Source: Terriglobia bacterium | Lineage (GTDB): Bacteria; Acidobacteriota; Terriglobia; JAJPHL01 | Assembly (NCBI GenBank): GCA_021325275.1 | Contig: JAJPHL010000075.1 | Span: 16,310 to 80,309, forward strand | DNA: 64,000 nt | Direction: 5' to 3' | Part shown: one piece after another, positions 7,242 to 15,858 of the stretch | Layout of the letters: each line of letters starts with the position of its first letter | How positions within the stretch are numbered: the first letter of the stretch is position 1 | Notes under the pieces: model-generated | What the model was told of the DNA's origin: nothing | Seen by the model: the letters and a program-made list of their open reading frames with translations, nothing else | Databases searched by the model: none | Made by a program: the position numbers and the translations under genes

Positions 7242-7481
7242 GGGGCGAGCTATGACAACCCAGGTCGGAGCCGGAGCGTTTTTTGCTCCGGCGCAGGCCT
7301 GATTGGGTGACAATGCGGTAGAACGGAGCGCTGAAAGCGCGATTCAAAAAACCAGAGCGCGACGCGGGCGAATGAGGTTTGGGTCGTCCTTTCAGGACTC
7401 CATTTCAGAATCCAACTCGACCCAGGCCTGCGCCGGAGCAAAAAAGTTCCGGCTCCGGCCTGGGCTGACATAGCTCGCCCC
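7242..7481. repeat. MITE-like element: about 60-bp imperfect terminal inverted repeats around a roughly 119-bp core
   Basis: Left arm 7242-7301 (ggggcgagctatgacaacccaggtcggagccggagcgttttttgctccggcgcaggcctg) versus the reverse complement of 7421-7481 (ggggcgagctatgtcagcccaggccggagccggaacttttttgctccggcgcaggcctggg): about 5 mismatches and 1 indel. Each arm contains its own GCCGGAGC/GCTCCGGC hairpin. Confidence 0.8.
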
Positions 7482-7555
7482 TTTTCGGGGCTTCGTCCGC
7501 GATGCGTGGCGAGAGAATCGCGGATTATAAGTCGCATTCTGCTTGACGCACCCCA

Positions 7556-8683
7556 CTAGTTCACGCCCAGAAACTTCCCGATGTTTTCATTCAGGAACTT
7601 CCCATCCGCTGGATTGCTGGCTGCACCCGCGGTGTGTCCCCACAGCGAGGGAATCGGCATCAGCGTCACTTTAGGAATGAATTGCGCCTCATAACGCGCG
7701 TCGCCGACGGGGAAGTACAAGTCCGTTTCAGATGGCATGTATAGGACCGGGACTTTGATCGAGCGCAGCGCGCGCTCCACATCGCCGTTGAACCCTGGCG
7801 TGGTTCCCACGTCGTGTTTCTCCCACGTGCGCATTTGTAGAATGATGTTGTTGGCGTCGGCGCCGGGAATGAAGCGCGTCCGAAAGCGGTTCAGCGTCGA
7901 CTCAAACGTTGCGCCGGGCGCCGCGTTGGTGCGCCACAACTCGCGGCGCCACCATTCTTGCGAGTACAACCACGCCGCCCAAACGGTTCCGAACGCCTCC
8001 AAGCCCTTCGCCGGTGGCGACGTGTAGTCGCCGCCTTGGAACGTCGGATCGGCGGTAATCGCGGCGATCTGGCCTTCGAGTCGCACCACGCCGTGCGGAT
8101 AACACTTGGCCGTGCCCGACGTTGCCACGATGCGGTCGGCGAATTCAGGATAGCTCACCGCCCACTGGAACGCTTGCTCGGCGCCCATCGAGAATCCGAC
8201 GACCGCGCGGAGGTGCGTAATCTTCAATTCGTCGGTCAGCAATTGATGGACCGCCGAAACGTTGTCGCGAATCGTCATCACCGGGAAGCGAGGACCATGG
8301 TGCGGCTCCGGCGTGTTGCTCGGCGACGACGAGTTTCCGTTGCCGAACAATTCCGTCGCCACGAGAAACAGCTTCGACGGATCGAGGCAGCGCTGGGGCG
8401 CCTGCTCCGTCTTGATAAGCCACTCGTAGCCGTGAAAATTGGCCATATAGTGCGATGGCATCAGGATCGCGTTCGACTTGTCGGAGTTGAGACGCCCATA
8501 CGTCGCGTAGACCACGCGCGCTTGCGGCAGGGTCACGCCGCTCTCGGTGTGAAAATTCGGGATCACAAACTCGTGACGCTCGGCCACCGGCCCCTGGGCG
8601 GGCACCTGGGCCACCACGACTTGAACGAAGATCAACGCGAGACCCAACTGGTAGCTTCGTTTTGTAATTTTGATGTTTACCAT
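7556..8683 (-). CDS. Secreted alpha/beta-fold hydrolase, homoserine-O-acetyltransferase (MetX)-like fold
   Basis: 375 aa. Signal-peptide-like N-terminus (KRSYQLGLALIFVQVVVAQVPAQG). Nucleophile elbow GFSMG. MetX-like segments (VVYATYGRLNSDKSNAILMPSHY, FLVATELFGNGNSSSP). Confidence 0.8.
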   Translation of the reverse strand: MVNIKITKRSYQLGLALIFVQVVVAQVPAQGPVAERHEFVIPNFHTESGVTLPQARVVYATYGRLNSDKSNAILMPSHYMANFHGYEWLIKTEQAPQRCLDPSKLFLVATELFGNGNSSSPSNTPEPHHGPRFPVMTIRDNVSAVHQLLTDELKITHLRAVVGFSMGAEQAFQWAVSYPEFADRIVATSGTAKCYPHGVVRLEGQIAAITADPTFQGGDYTSPPAKGLEAFGTVWAAWLYSQEWWRRELWRTNAAPGATFESTLNRFRTRFIPGADANNIILQMRTWEKHDVGTTPGFNGDVERALRSIKVPVLYMPSETDLYFPVGDARYEAQFIPKVTLMPIPSLWGHTAGAASNPADGKFLNENIGKFLGVN

Positions 8684-8723
8684 CGCCCTCGCACCCCGGC
8701 CCTTGTTTCGCTATAAATTCGAT

Positions 8724-8757
8724 TTACTAATTACTAATTTCGTATTGTTTTCGTATT
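8724..8757. repeat. Short AT-rich tandem direct repeats in the divergent promoter region
   Basis: ttactaa ttactaa (8724-8737), followed by ttcgtatt (8739-8746) and ttcgtatt (8750-8757). Function unknown. Confidence 0.6.
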
Positions 8758-8957
8758 TTGCCATAGCAGGCTAATCCCGTCAACCCCAAACTTCGCCGAT
8801 CCGAACCGGCCATCAGCCACCACACTCAAGCCGCCGTTTCCCCTCTAGAAATGGGGCCTCCGACCGCACTATGCACAACTAATAGGCCCCTCAACGAAGA
8901 CCATCAGCATGTACCGTATCTGTCAGAAAGAAAAAAAGAAAATCATAATGTTTTCTC

Positions 8958-9002
8958 TTGACACTTTTCTTGGAAAGTGGGAAATTGTGGAGGACTTGTT
9001 GC
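8958..9002 (+). promoter_or_regulatory. Candidate dcw (Pmra) promoter with a phased MraZ-operator-like direct repeat
   Basis: Perfect -35 TTGACA at 8958-8963. The candidate -10 after a 17-nt spacer is weak (GAAATT, 8981-8986). Direct repeats TGGGA (8978-8982), TGGAG (8988-8992) and a degenerate GTTGC (8998-9002) sit at exact 10-bp phasing with 5-nt spacers. Another AAAGTGG occurs at 9015-9021. About 100 nt upstream of mraZ. Confidence 0.45.
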
Positions 9003-9097
9003 TGTTTCTGGTCGAAAGTGGATAAGAGGTTCGGCCGGCGCGGGCTTGGACCTCTTCTCTACTAGCCTCCAGGAAACACGCAAGCCAACAAAGCGCC

Positions 9098-9532
9098 ATG
9101 CTTCGCGGAAACTCTGAAACGAAGGTCGACGACAAAGGCCGCCTGAAAGTGCCGGCTGCCTTCCAGAAGGTACTCAATGAGTCCTTCCCAGGAGGCGTCT
9201 TCTTCGTTACGTCGCTCGATGGCAAGAGCGCTCGCGTGTATCCGCTCACAGAATGGACCAAGATCGAGTCGAAATTCAATAGTTCATTTAATGGTCCGCA
9301 GTCACGCTTAAAGCACAAGGTGAATTTTTGGGGCGGCGAAGTCGAGGCCGATAACCAGGGCCGGCTCTTACTGCCTCAACGCCTCCGGGAAGACTTGAAG
9401 ATGCTCGGCGATGTCAGCGTGCTGGGCATGGTCAATTACCTGGAAGTGATCACCAGCAACGAGGCCCGCAGGTTGGCCGAAGAGCCATTCACCGAAGCCG
9501 ATCTCAAAGAGATCGGAGAAATGGGGATTTAA
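9098..9532 (+). CDS. mraZ: Transcriptional regulator MraZ
   Basis: 144 aa. Two DXXXR motifs (DDKGRLKVP, DNQGRLLLP). First gene of the dcw cluster. Confidence 0.95.
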   Translation: MLRGNSETKVDDKGRLKVPAAFQKVLNESFPGGVFFVTSLDGKSARVYPLTEWTKIESKFNSSFNGPQSRLKHKVNFWGGEVEADNQGRLLLPQRLREDLKMLGDVSVLGMVNYLEVITSNEARRLAEEPFTEADLKEIGEMGI

Positions 9533-9541
9533 CCAAATGCT

Positions 9542-10438
9542 ATGTTGGACCCCTTCTCTGGACACGCCCGGCACATCACGGTTCTTTGCCGTGAAGCGCT
9601 CGAATTTCTCTCGGTCCGACCTGAAGGCCGCTATGTCGATTGCACGACGGGCGGCGGCGGCCATAGCGAAGCGATCGCGGAACGGCTTACCACGGGGCGC
9701 CTGTTGGCGCTGGATCGGGACCCGAGCGCTGTCGCATTAGCCAGCGAGCGTTTGGCCCGGTTTGGAGAAAAGGTTTGGGTTCGACAGGCGGCCTTCAAGG
9801 GTTTAGCCGCCGCGGTGGAAGAGTTTGGGGGAAAAGTGGACGGAATCTTAGCCGATATCGGATTGTCGCAAATGCAACTGGACGACTCCGCACGCGGCTT
9901 CAGTTTTGCGGCCGAGGGTTCGCTCGATATGCGCATGGATCCCGCGCAGGAGTTGACGGCCGCTGAGGTTGTAAACCGCACGGACGAGCGCGAGCTCGCT
10001 CGTGTGATTTACGAATACGCAGAAGAAAGGAGGTCGAGGAGAATCGCCAACGCGATCGTCCGGAATCGTCCGTTCCACACGGCCAAGCAATTGGCCGGCG
10101 TGATTGAGCGGGCGGTTCCGGGTTCGCGTACTCATCATCACCGGCTGCATCCCGCGACCCTGACCTTTCAAGCATTGCGTATCTTCGTAAACGACGAATT
10201 GGGACAACTCGAGTCGCTGCTCGAGCAAGCGCCGGACGTCACGCGGCCGGGCGCGCGGATTGTGGTGATCGCTTTCCACTCCGGTGAGGATCGCGTGGTG
10301 AAAAACGTTTTTCGCCGTTGGCACACGGAAGGCACGTGCCGCACGCTCACCAAGCATGTGGTGTGGCCTTCGGAAGAAGAAACGGCTGCAAATCCCCGGG
10401 CGCGCAGCGCCCGGCTGCGTTGCGCGGAAAGGATCTGA
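9542..10438 (+). CDS. rsmH: 16S rRNA (cytosine1402-N4)-methyltransferase RsmH
   Basis: 298 aa. H.TVL..E.L, SAM motif DCTTGGGGHS, DLGLS-like DIGLSQMQLD. Position after mraZ. Confidence 0.95.
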   Translation: MLDPFSGHARHITVLCREALEFLSVRPEGRYVDCTTGGGGHSEAIAERLTTGRLLALDRDPSAVALASERLARFGEKVWVRQAAFKGLAAAVEEFGGKVDGILADIGLSQMQLDDSARGFSFAAEGSLDMRMDPAQELTAAEVVNRTDERELARVIYEYAEERRSRRIANAIVRNRPFHTAKQLAGVIERAVPGSRTHHHRLHPATLTFQALRIFVNDELGQLESLLEQAPDVTRPGARIVVIAFHSGEDRVVKNVFRRWHTEGTCRTLTKHVVWPSEEETAANPRARSARLRCAERI

Positions 10439-10440
10439 AC

Positions 10441-10911
10441 ATGGCGGCGATTGCCAATGGAATGCGAGTAGGCGCTCCGGCACGGACAGCGGTGAAACCG
10501 CGCGTGCAAGCGGCGCCGCGTCCGCGCGCGGCGTCGCGCGAGATTTTCTTCGAGCAGGAAATCGACAATTCCCGCGTGCGCCGGCAATTCGATCCGCGCG
10601 AGGGACGGTCCGTGCTGTTGACCGTCGCGGTGTTCGCGCTGGCCTGCGCGGCGTTCGTCGGATTCGCCTGGCAGCAGTTCGCGGTCCTCAAGGACGGCTA
10701 CACGATTTCCGATTTGCAGGAAAAGCGCGACGCTTTGATTCAAGCGAACCGCGCGCTGGAACTTCAGGTAGCCTCGCTGCGGTCGCCCGAGCGAATCACC
10801 ACCTACGCGTCCAACAAGCTGGGATTGACGACGCCGAAGGAAGGTCAAGTGGTGCGCATGGAGATGCCTGCGTCCGGCAACGCGGAAGCGGTGATGGCGA
10901 AACTTCACTAG
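10441..10911 (+). CDS. ftsL: Cell division protein FtsL-like (single TM plus coiled coil)
   Basis: Start at ATG 10441, 2 nt after the rsmH stop. One TM (SVLLTVAVFALACAAFVGFAW) followed by a heptad-like segment (ISDLQEKRDALIQANRALELQVASL). Canonical position between rsmH and ftsI. Confidence 0.8.
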   Translation: MAAIANGMRVGAPARTAVKPRVQAAPRPRAASREIFFEQEIDNSRVRRQFDPREGRSVLLTVAVFALACAAFVGFAWQQFAVLKDGYTISDLQEKRDALIQANRALELQVASLRSPERITTYASNKLGLTTPKEGQVVRMEMPASGNAEAVMAKLH

Positions 10912-10921
10912 GTAAGTTCTG

Positions 10922-10981
10922 AGTCCTGAGGCCTGAGTCCTGAGTTTTTTACTCGGCACTCGGGACTCAGCGCTCAGGACT
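10922..10981. repeat. Long imperfect hairpin built from CCTGAG-type units, between ftsL and ftsI
   Basis: agtcctgaggcctgagtcctgag (10922-10944) pairs with ctcgggactcagcgctcaggact (10959-10981), about 20 of 23 positions. 14-nt loop ttttttactcggca. Confidence 0.85.
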
Positions 10982-10989
10982 TCTGATTT

Positions 10990-13056
10990 ATGTTGGAATC
11001 GAAGAAATACCGCCTCGCCGCGCTGGCCGTTCTGGCTCTCTTCTGGATGCTGGCGATTTGGGCGCGTCTTTTCAATCTGCAAATCCTGCGCTACGGATAC
11101 CTCGCCACGCTCGCCAAGCGCCAGCAGGAACACACCATCGACGTTCCTCCGCTGCGCGGTGCGATTCTCGACCGCAACTACCATACGCTCGCGATGACCG
11201 TGCAAGTCGATTCGGTCACCGCCGATCCGCGCGAGATGAAAGATGTGGACGCCGCCGTAACCTTGTTGTCGCGCATCTTGCAGCTCGATCCCGCCGCATT
11301 GCGCGCGCGTCTCGAGAGCCACAAGGGATTCGTGTGGGTCAAGCATCGGATCACGCCGGAGGAAGCGGCGCAGGTGCGCGAGCTTTCGCTGCACGGCATC
11401 TATCTCACCAAGGAAGCCACGCGCAGTTATCCGCAGAATGAATTGGCGGCGCACGTTTTGGGATTTGTCGACGGCGATCAGCACGGCGAAGCGGGCCTGG
11501 AGTACAAATACAACAAGCAAGTGGAGGGCGTCCCCGGAAAAGTTTTCATGCAGAGGGACGGCCACAGCCAATATTTTGGGCGCCGGGCTTCCACCGAAGT
11601 GGAGCCCGGGGACAATTTGATTCTCACGCTCGACGAGACGATCCAGGCCATCGCCGAGAAGGAGTTGGCGCAGGGCATGGCCGACACGCACGCCAAAGCC
11701 GGCACCGTGCTGGTGATGGACCCGCGCAACGGCGAGATTTTGGCGCTGGCGAATCAGCCGACCTTCAATCCCAACGCCTGGAAAGATTCGCCGCGCGAAG
11801 TTTGGCTGAATCGCGCGGTCAACGGAATGTACGAGCCGGGATCGACGATGAAAATCGTCACGCTTTCGGCGGCGCTGGAAGAAGGCTTGACCACGCCGGA
11901 GGAAAGAATCGATTGCCAGATGGGCGCGATCAACGTCTTCGGCCGCATCGTTCACGACCACAAGAAATTTGGCGTGCTCACCGTGAGCGAGATCATGGAA
12001 AAGTCGAGCGACGTGGGATCGATCAAGTTGGGAATGCGCTTGGGCAACGACAAAATGTTTCAGTACATGACCGCCTTCGGCCTCGGCCAAAAGACCGGCG
12101 TGGAGTTACCCGGCGAGGAAGGCGGCATCGCGCGGCCGCCCGCGCGCTGGACCAAATCTTCGATCGGCTCGATCGCCATGGGACAGGAACTGGCGGCCAC
12201 GCCCGTGCAAATCGCGGCGTCCGCTTCAGTGATCGCCGACATCGGCGTTTGGCATCGTCCGCACATTGTGCGTGAAGTCGCGCATCCCAAGGGCCTGCCG
12301 GCCGCCGCGTCGCATTCCGTCGTGCAAGCGGCCGCGCCCGATTCCAACGACAGTCGCCGCGTGATTTCGCAGGAAACCGCGCTCAAAATCCGGCGCATGC
12401 TCCAACTCGTCGTGCTGCAGGGCACCGGTCCCAAAGCGAAGCTCAAAGGCTATACCTCAGCGGGAAAGTCCGGCACGGCGCAGAAATTCGATCCGCGGAT
12501 TCACATGTATTCGCCTACCGATTACGTCGCGTCGTTCGTGGGATTCGCGCCCGTGAATGAAAACGCGCTGACGATTGCGGTGATTCTCGATTCCCCCGTG
12601 GGTGGACATCACGGCGGAGAAGTTTCCGCGCCCATCTTCAAGCGTGTGGCGGAGCAGGTGTTGGCGTACCGCAACGTGCCGCTCGATCTTCCGGTGGACG
12701 ATCGCACTCTGAAGGCGCAAAAAACGGCGGAAAAAATCGATCCCGAGCAATTGCGCGACGCGCTCGATGCGCCGGCGTCGGCGGGCAACCAGCCGCAGAC
12801 GTTGCCGGCAGCGTTGCTCGACGCCTCGATCGAGCAGGCCGCCCAAGCGCCGGCCGACTTCGCGGTGGTCGATCTCGGCGGATCGGTGACGGCGCCCGAC
12901 TTCACGGGGAAATCGGCGCGCAAAGTGGCGGAGATCGCCTCGTCGCGCGGCCTGGTGGTGGACATGATCGGCAGCGGAATCGTGCGCGAGCAATCGCCGG
13001 CGCCCGGAGGGAGGCTGCTGCCGGGCCGGAGAATCACGGTGCGATTAGGGCGGTAA
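10990..13056 (+). CDS. ftsI: Division transpeptidase FtsI (class B PBP) with a C-terminal PASTA domain
   Basis: 688 aa. N-terminal TM, SxxK (GSTMK), SSD/SxN-position motif, KSGT. The last ~60 aa, PDFTGKSARKVAEIASSRGLVVDMIGSGIVREQSPAPGGRLLPGRRITVRLG, look like one PASTA repeat. Confidence 0.93.
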   Translation: MLESKKYRLAALAVLALFWMLAIWARLFNLQILRYGYLATLAKRQQEHTIDVPPLRGAILDRNYHTLAMTVQVDSVTADPREMKDVDAAVTLLSRILQLDPAALRARLESHKGFVWVKHRITPEEAAQVRELSLHGIYLTKEATRSYPQNELAAHVLGFVDGDQHGEAGLEYKYNKQVEGVPGKVFMQRDGHSQYFGRRASTEVEPGDNLILTLDETIQAIAEKELAQGMADTHAKAGTVLVMDPRNGEILALANQPTFNPNAWKDSPREVWLNRAVNGMYEPGSTMKIVTLSAALEEGLTTPEERIDCQMGAINVFGRIVHDHKKFGVLTVSEIMEKSSDVGSIKLGMRLGNDKMFQYMTAFGLGQKTGVELPGEEGGIARPPARWTKSSIGSIAMGQELAATPVQIAASASVIADIGVWHRPHIVREVAHPKGLPAAASHSVVQAAAPDSNDSRRVISQETALKIRRMLQLVVLQGTGPKAKLKGYTSAGKSGTAQKFDPRIHMYSPTDYVASFVGFAPVNENALTIAVILDSPVGGHHGGEVSAPIFKRVAEQVLAYRNVPLDLPVDDRTLKAQKTAEKIDPEQLRDALDAPASAGNQPQTLPAALLDASIEQAAQAPADFAVVDLGGSVTAPDFTGKSARKVAEIASSRGLVVDMIGSGIVREQSPAPGGRLLPGRRITVRLGR

Positions 13057-13090
13057 AGAGAATTGTGAGAAACTGAAAAGAGCGAGCGCG

Positions 13091-14521
13091 ATGACACTCC
13101 ACGATCTGCTGGAAGGCGTCGAGGTCGTGGCGATGCACGCCCCACCGGAGCTTTCCGTGAGAGGAGTGCACTACGACTCCCGGCGGGTTCTTCCCGGACA
13201 ACTTTTTTTCGCTATGCCCGGCGCGAAAACCGATGGTCTTCGCTTCGTTGACGAAGCGACGCGCCGCGGCGCGACGGCCATCGCCGCCGAGGTCGCGCCT
13301 GCGCCCGGCCTGCCGTGGGTGCATCTGGCCCATTCCCGGCGCGCGCTTGCCAGGGCGTCGGCGAATTTTTACGGGCATCCCTCGCGCCAAGTGGAAGTGG
13401 TGGGCATCACTGGAACGAACGGCAAGACCACCACGTCTTTCTTGTTGCACGCGATCCTGGCGGCGGGCAACACGGCGGGGCTGTTCGGCACAATCGAATA
13501 TCGATTGGGTGCGCGGCGCTTGTCCGCGCCCAACACCACGCCCGAGTCTCTAGACTTGCAGGCCATGCTGGCCGACCTCCGGGAATCGGGAGGCAGCTAC
13601 GCCGTGATGGAAGTGTCATCGCACGCCTTGGTGCTGGAGCGCGTGTACGCCACGCGCTTCCAAGCCGCCGTCTTCACCAATCTCACCCGCGATCATCTGG
13701 ATTATCACCACACGATGGAAGAGTACTTCGCCGCCAAACGACGGCTCTTCGATGGCTCTACGGGCGAACTGCCGCGCTGGGCCGTGCTCAACGCCGACGA
13801 TCCGCACAGTGCCGCGCTGGCCGGCCTCGGGTCGAAAGTGATTTGGTACGGCATCGATTCGCCGCAATCGCAAGTCCGCGAGGAAGACGGAAGAATTGTG
13901 ACGCCCGCGGGCCCGATCGCGAATCGCTCGCGCCTCGTCGGGCGTCCCAACGTCTACAATCGCCTCGCCGCTACGGCCGCGGCGGTGGCGCTCGGCATTC
14001 CCAACATCGCGATTGAAGAAGGCTTAGAATCGCTGGCTTCGGTGCCCGGCCGCTTCGAAAGCGTCGACGCGGGACAAAATTTCCGCATCATCGTGGACTA
14101 CGCTCACACCGACGACGCGCTCCGCAATTTGTTGAAGACCGCGCGGGGACTCGCGCCACAACGCATCATTACCGTATTCGGCTGCGGCGGCGATCGCGAC
14201 CGCCGGAAGCGTCCGCTGATGGGCGAAGCGGCGGCGGCGGGCAGCGATCTGGTGATCGTCACCAGCGACAATCCGCGATCCGAAGATCCGCGCGCCATCA
14301 TCGACGAAGTGTTGCCCGGCGTGCGCAACACCAACACGCCGTTCGTCGTGGAGCCCGATCGCGCCGCGGCGATCGCGCGCGCGGTGCGGGAAGCGCGCTC
14401 GGGCGACTTGGTCCTGATCGCCGGCAAGGGTCACGAGACGACGCAAACGATCGGCCGCGAGTCGATCCCCTTCGACGATCGCAAGGTTGCGGCGGAAGCC
14501 GCGCGGGGGAGGCTGGCATGA
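13091..14521 (+). CDS. murE: UDP-MurNAc-L-Ala-D-Glu:meso-diaminopimelate ligase MurE
   Basis: 476 aa. GITGTNGKTTT P-loop and the DNPR motif (TSDNPRSEDP) typical of mDAP-adding enzymes. Confidence 0.95.
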   Translation: MTLHDLLEGVEVVAMHAPPELSVRGVHYDSRRVLPGQLFFAMPGAKTDGLRFVDEATRRGATAIAAEVAPAPGLPWVHLAHSRRALARASANFYGHPSRQVEVVGITGTNGKTTTSFLLHAILAAGNTAGLFGTIEYRLGARRLSAPNTTPESLDLQAMLADLRESGGSYAVMEVSSHALVLERVYATRFQAAVFTNLTRDHLDYHHTMEEYFAAKRRLFDGSTGELPRWAVLNADDPHSAALAGLGSKVIWYGIDSPQSQVREEDGRIVTPAGPIANRSRLVGRPNVYNRLAATAAAVALGIPNIAIEEGLESLASVPGRFESVDAGQNFRIIVDYAHTDDALRNLLKTARGLAPQRIITVFGCGGDRDRRKRPLMGEAAAAGSDLVIVTSDNPRSEDPRAIIDEVLPGVRNTNTPFVVEPDRAAAIARAVREARSGDLVLIAGKGHETTQTIGRESIPFDDRKVAAEAARGRLA

Positions 14522-15858
14522 TTTCGTCGCTGGCTTCTCTTCGCGAAATCGCGGCCGTGCTCGGCGCATCGGTTGACGCCGGCGCGCCGGTCACGGGATG
14601 CTCCATCGACTCGCGGACCATTCGCCCCGGCGAATTGTTCTTCGCCGTGCGCGGCGAGAACACCGACGGCCACCTTTACATCGAAAAAGCGCTCGCCGCG
14701 GGCGCGGCCGGCGTCGTGGCGGAGCGCGGCGGCGGACCGGCAACAATCATCGTGCCGGATTCACTGCGCGCGTTGCAGGCGTTAAGCGCCGAAGCGCGCG
14801 CGCGCTGGGCCAAACCCGTCGTCGGCGTCACCGGTTCGGCGGGAAAGACCACTACGAAGGAAATGATCGCGGCCGTCTTGGCAGGGCGCTATCGCGTGCG
14901 CAAGAACGAAGGCAATTTCAACAACGAGTTTGGATTGCCGCTGTCGTTGCTGCGTCTGGAAGACACCGACGATATCGGAGTCTTCGAGATGGGCATGTCG
15001 CACTCCGGTGAAATTGCCGCGCTCGCCGCGTTGGCGCGTCCCGAAACCGGCGTTGTCACGTGCGTCGCACCTGTGCATCTCGAGTTTTTCGATTCCATCG
15101 AGGGAGTCGCGAGGGCCAAGCATGAATTAATCGCCGCGCTTCCCGCGCGCGGAACCGCCGTGTTGAATGCCGACGACGCGCGCGTCGCCGGGTTCGAGTT
15201 TTCCGGCCGCCGCATGACCTTTGGACTCGATCACGCCGCCGATGTTCACGCGGAGAAGATCGAAGAAGGCGAAACGACTCGTTTCACGGCCAACGGCGTT
15301 GCTTTCGAACTGCACGTCCCAGGACGCCATCAGATTCGCAACGCCCTGGCCGCCGCCGCCGTGGGGACGCTCTATGGCGTGTCGCTCGAAGAAGCCGCCG
15401 CCGCGCTCCGCGATTTTCGCGCCGGAAAAATGCGCGGTGAAACCATCGACTGGCGCGGCGCAAAGCTCATCAACGATTGTTACAACTCGAATCCCGCAGC
15501 CGCAACGTCGATGCTTGAATGGCTCGCTCGCGCGCCTGTCGCGGGACGCCGAGGCGCCGTGCTCGGCGAAATGCTCGAACTGGGCCCCGCGGGTCCCGAA
15601 CTGCACGCCCAAGTCGGGACGTCGGCACGTGGTCTCGACTTATTGATCGGCGTGCGAGGACTGGCGCGGGAAATGGTGAAAGCAGCAGGCGCGCCGCTGG
15701 ACAATTTCGTGGAAACGCCGGAGGCCGCCGCCGACATCGTGCGGCGGTGGATTCGTCCCGGTGACTGGGTGTTGTTTAAAGCGTCGCGCGGCGTTCGACT
15801 CGAGCGCGCGATCGAGCAATTGATGGGGCCGGCAAAGGCGGAGGCAGGCGCGAAGTAA
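14518..15858 (+). CDS. murF: UDP-MurNAc-tripeptide:D-Ala-D-Ala ligase MurF
   Basis: 446 aa. GVTGSAGKTTTKEM. ATGA start/stop overlap with murE. Confidence 0.95.
   Translation: MISSLASLREIAAVLGASVDAGAPVTGCSIDSRTIRPGELFFAVRGENTDGHLYIEKALAAGAAGVVAERGGGPATIIVPDSLRALQALSAEARARWAKPVVGVTGSAGKTTTKEMIAAVLAGRYRVRKNEGNFNNEFGLPLSLLRLEDTDDIGVFEMGMSHSGEIAALAALARPETGVVTCVAPVHLEFFDSIEGVARAKHELIAALPARGTAVLNADDARVAGFEFSGRRMTFGLDHAADVHAEKIEEGETTRFTANGVAFELHVPGRHQIRNALAAAAVGTLYGVSLEEAAAALRDFRAGKMRGETIDWRGAKLINDCYNSNPAAATSMLEWLARAPVAGRRGAVLGEMLELGPAGPELHAQVGTSARGLDLLIGVRGLAREMVKAAGAPLDNFVETPEAAADIVRRWIRPGDWVLFKASRGVRLERAIEQLMGPAKAEAGAK

Noticed and set aside
10922-10981. Reading the ftsL-ftsI hairpin as a rho-independent terminator.
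   Set aside because: The T6 run lies in the loop, not 3' of the completed stem, and essential downstream dcw genes need read-through.
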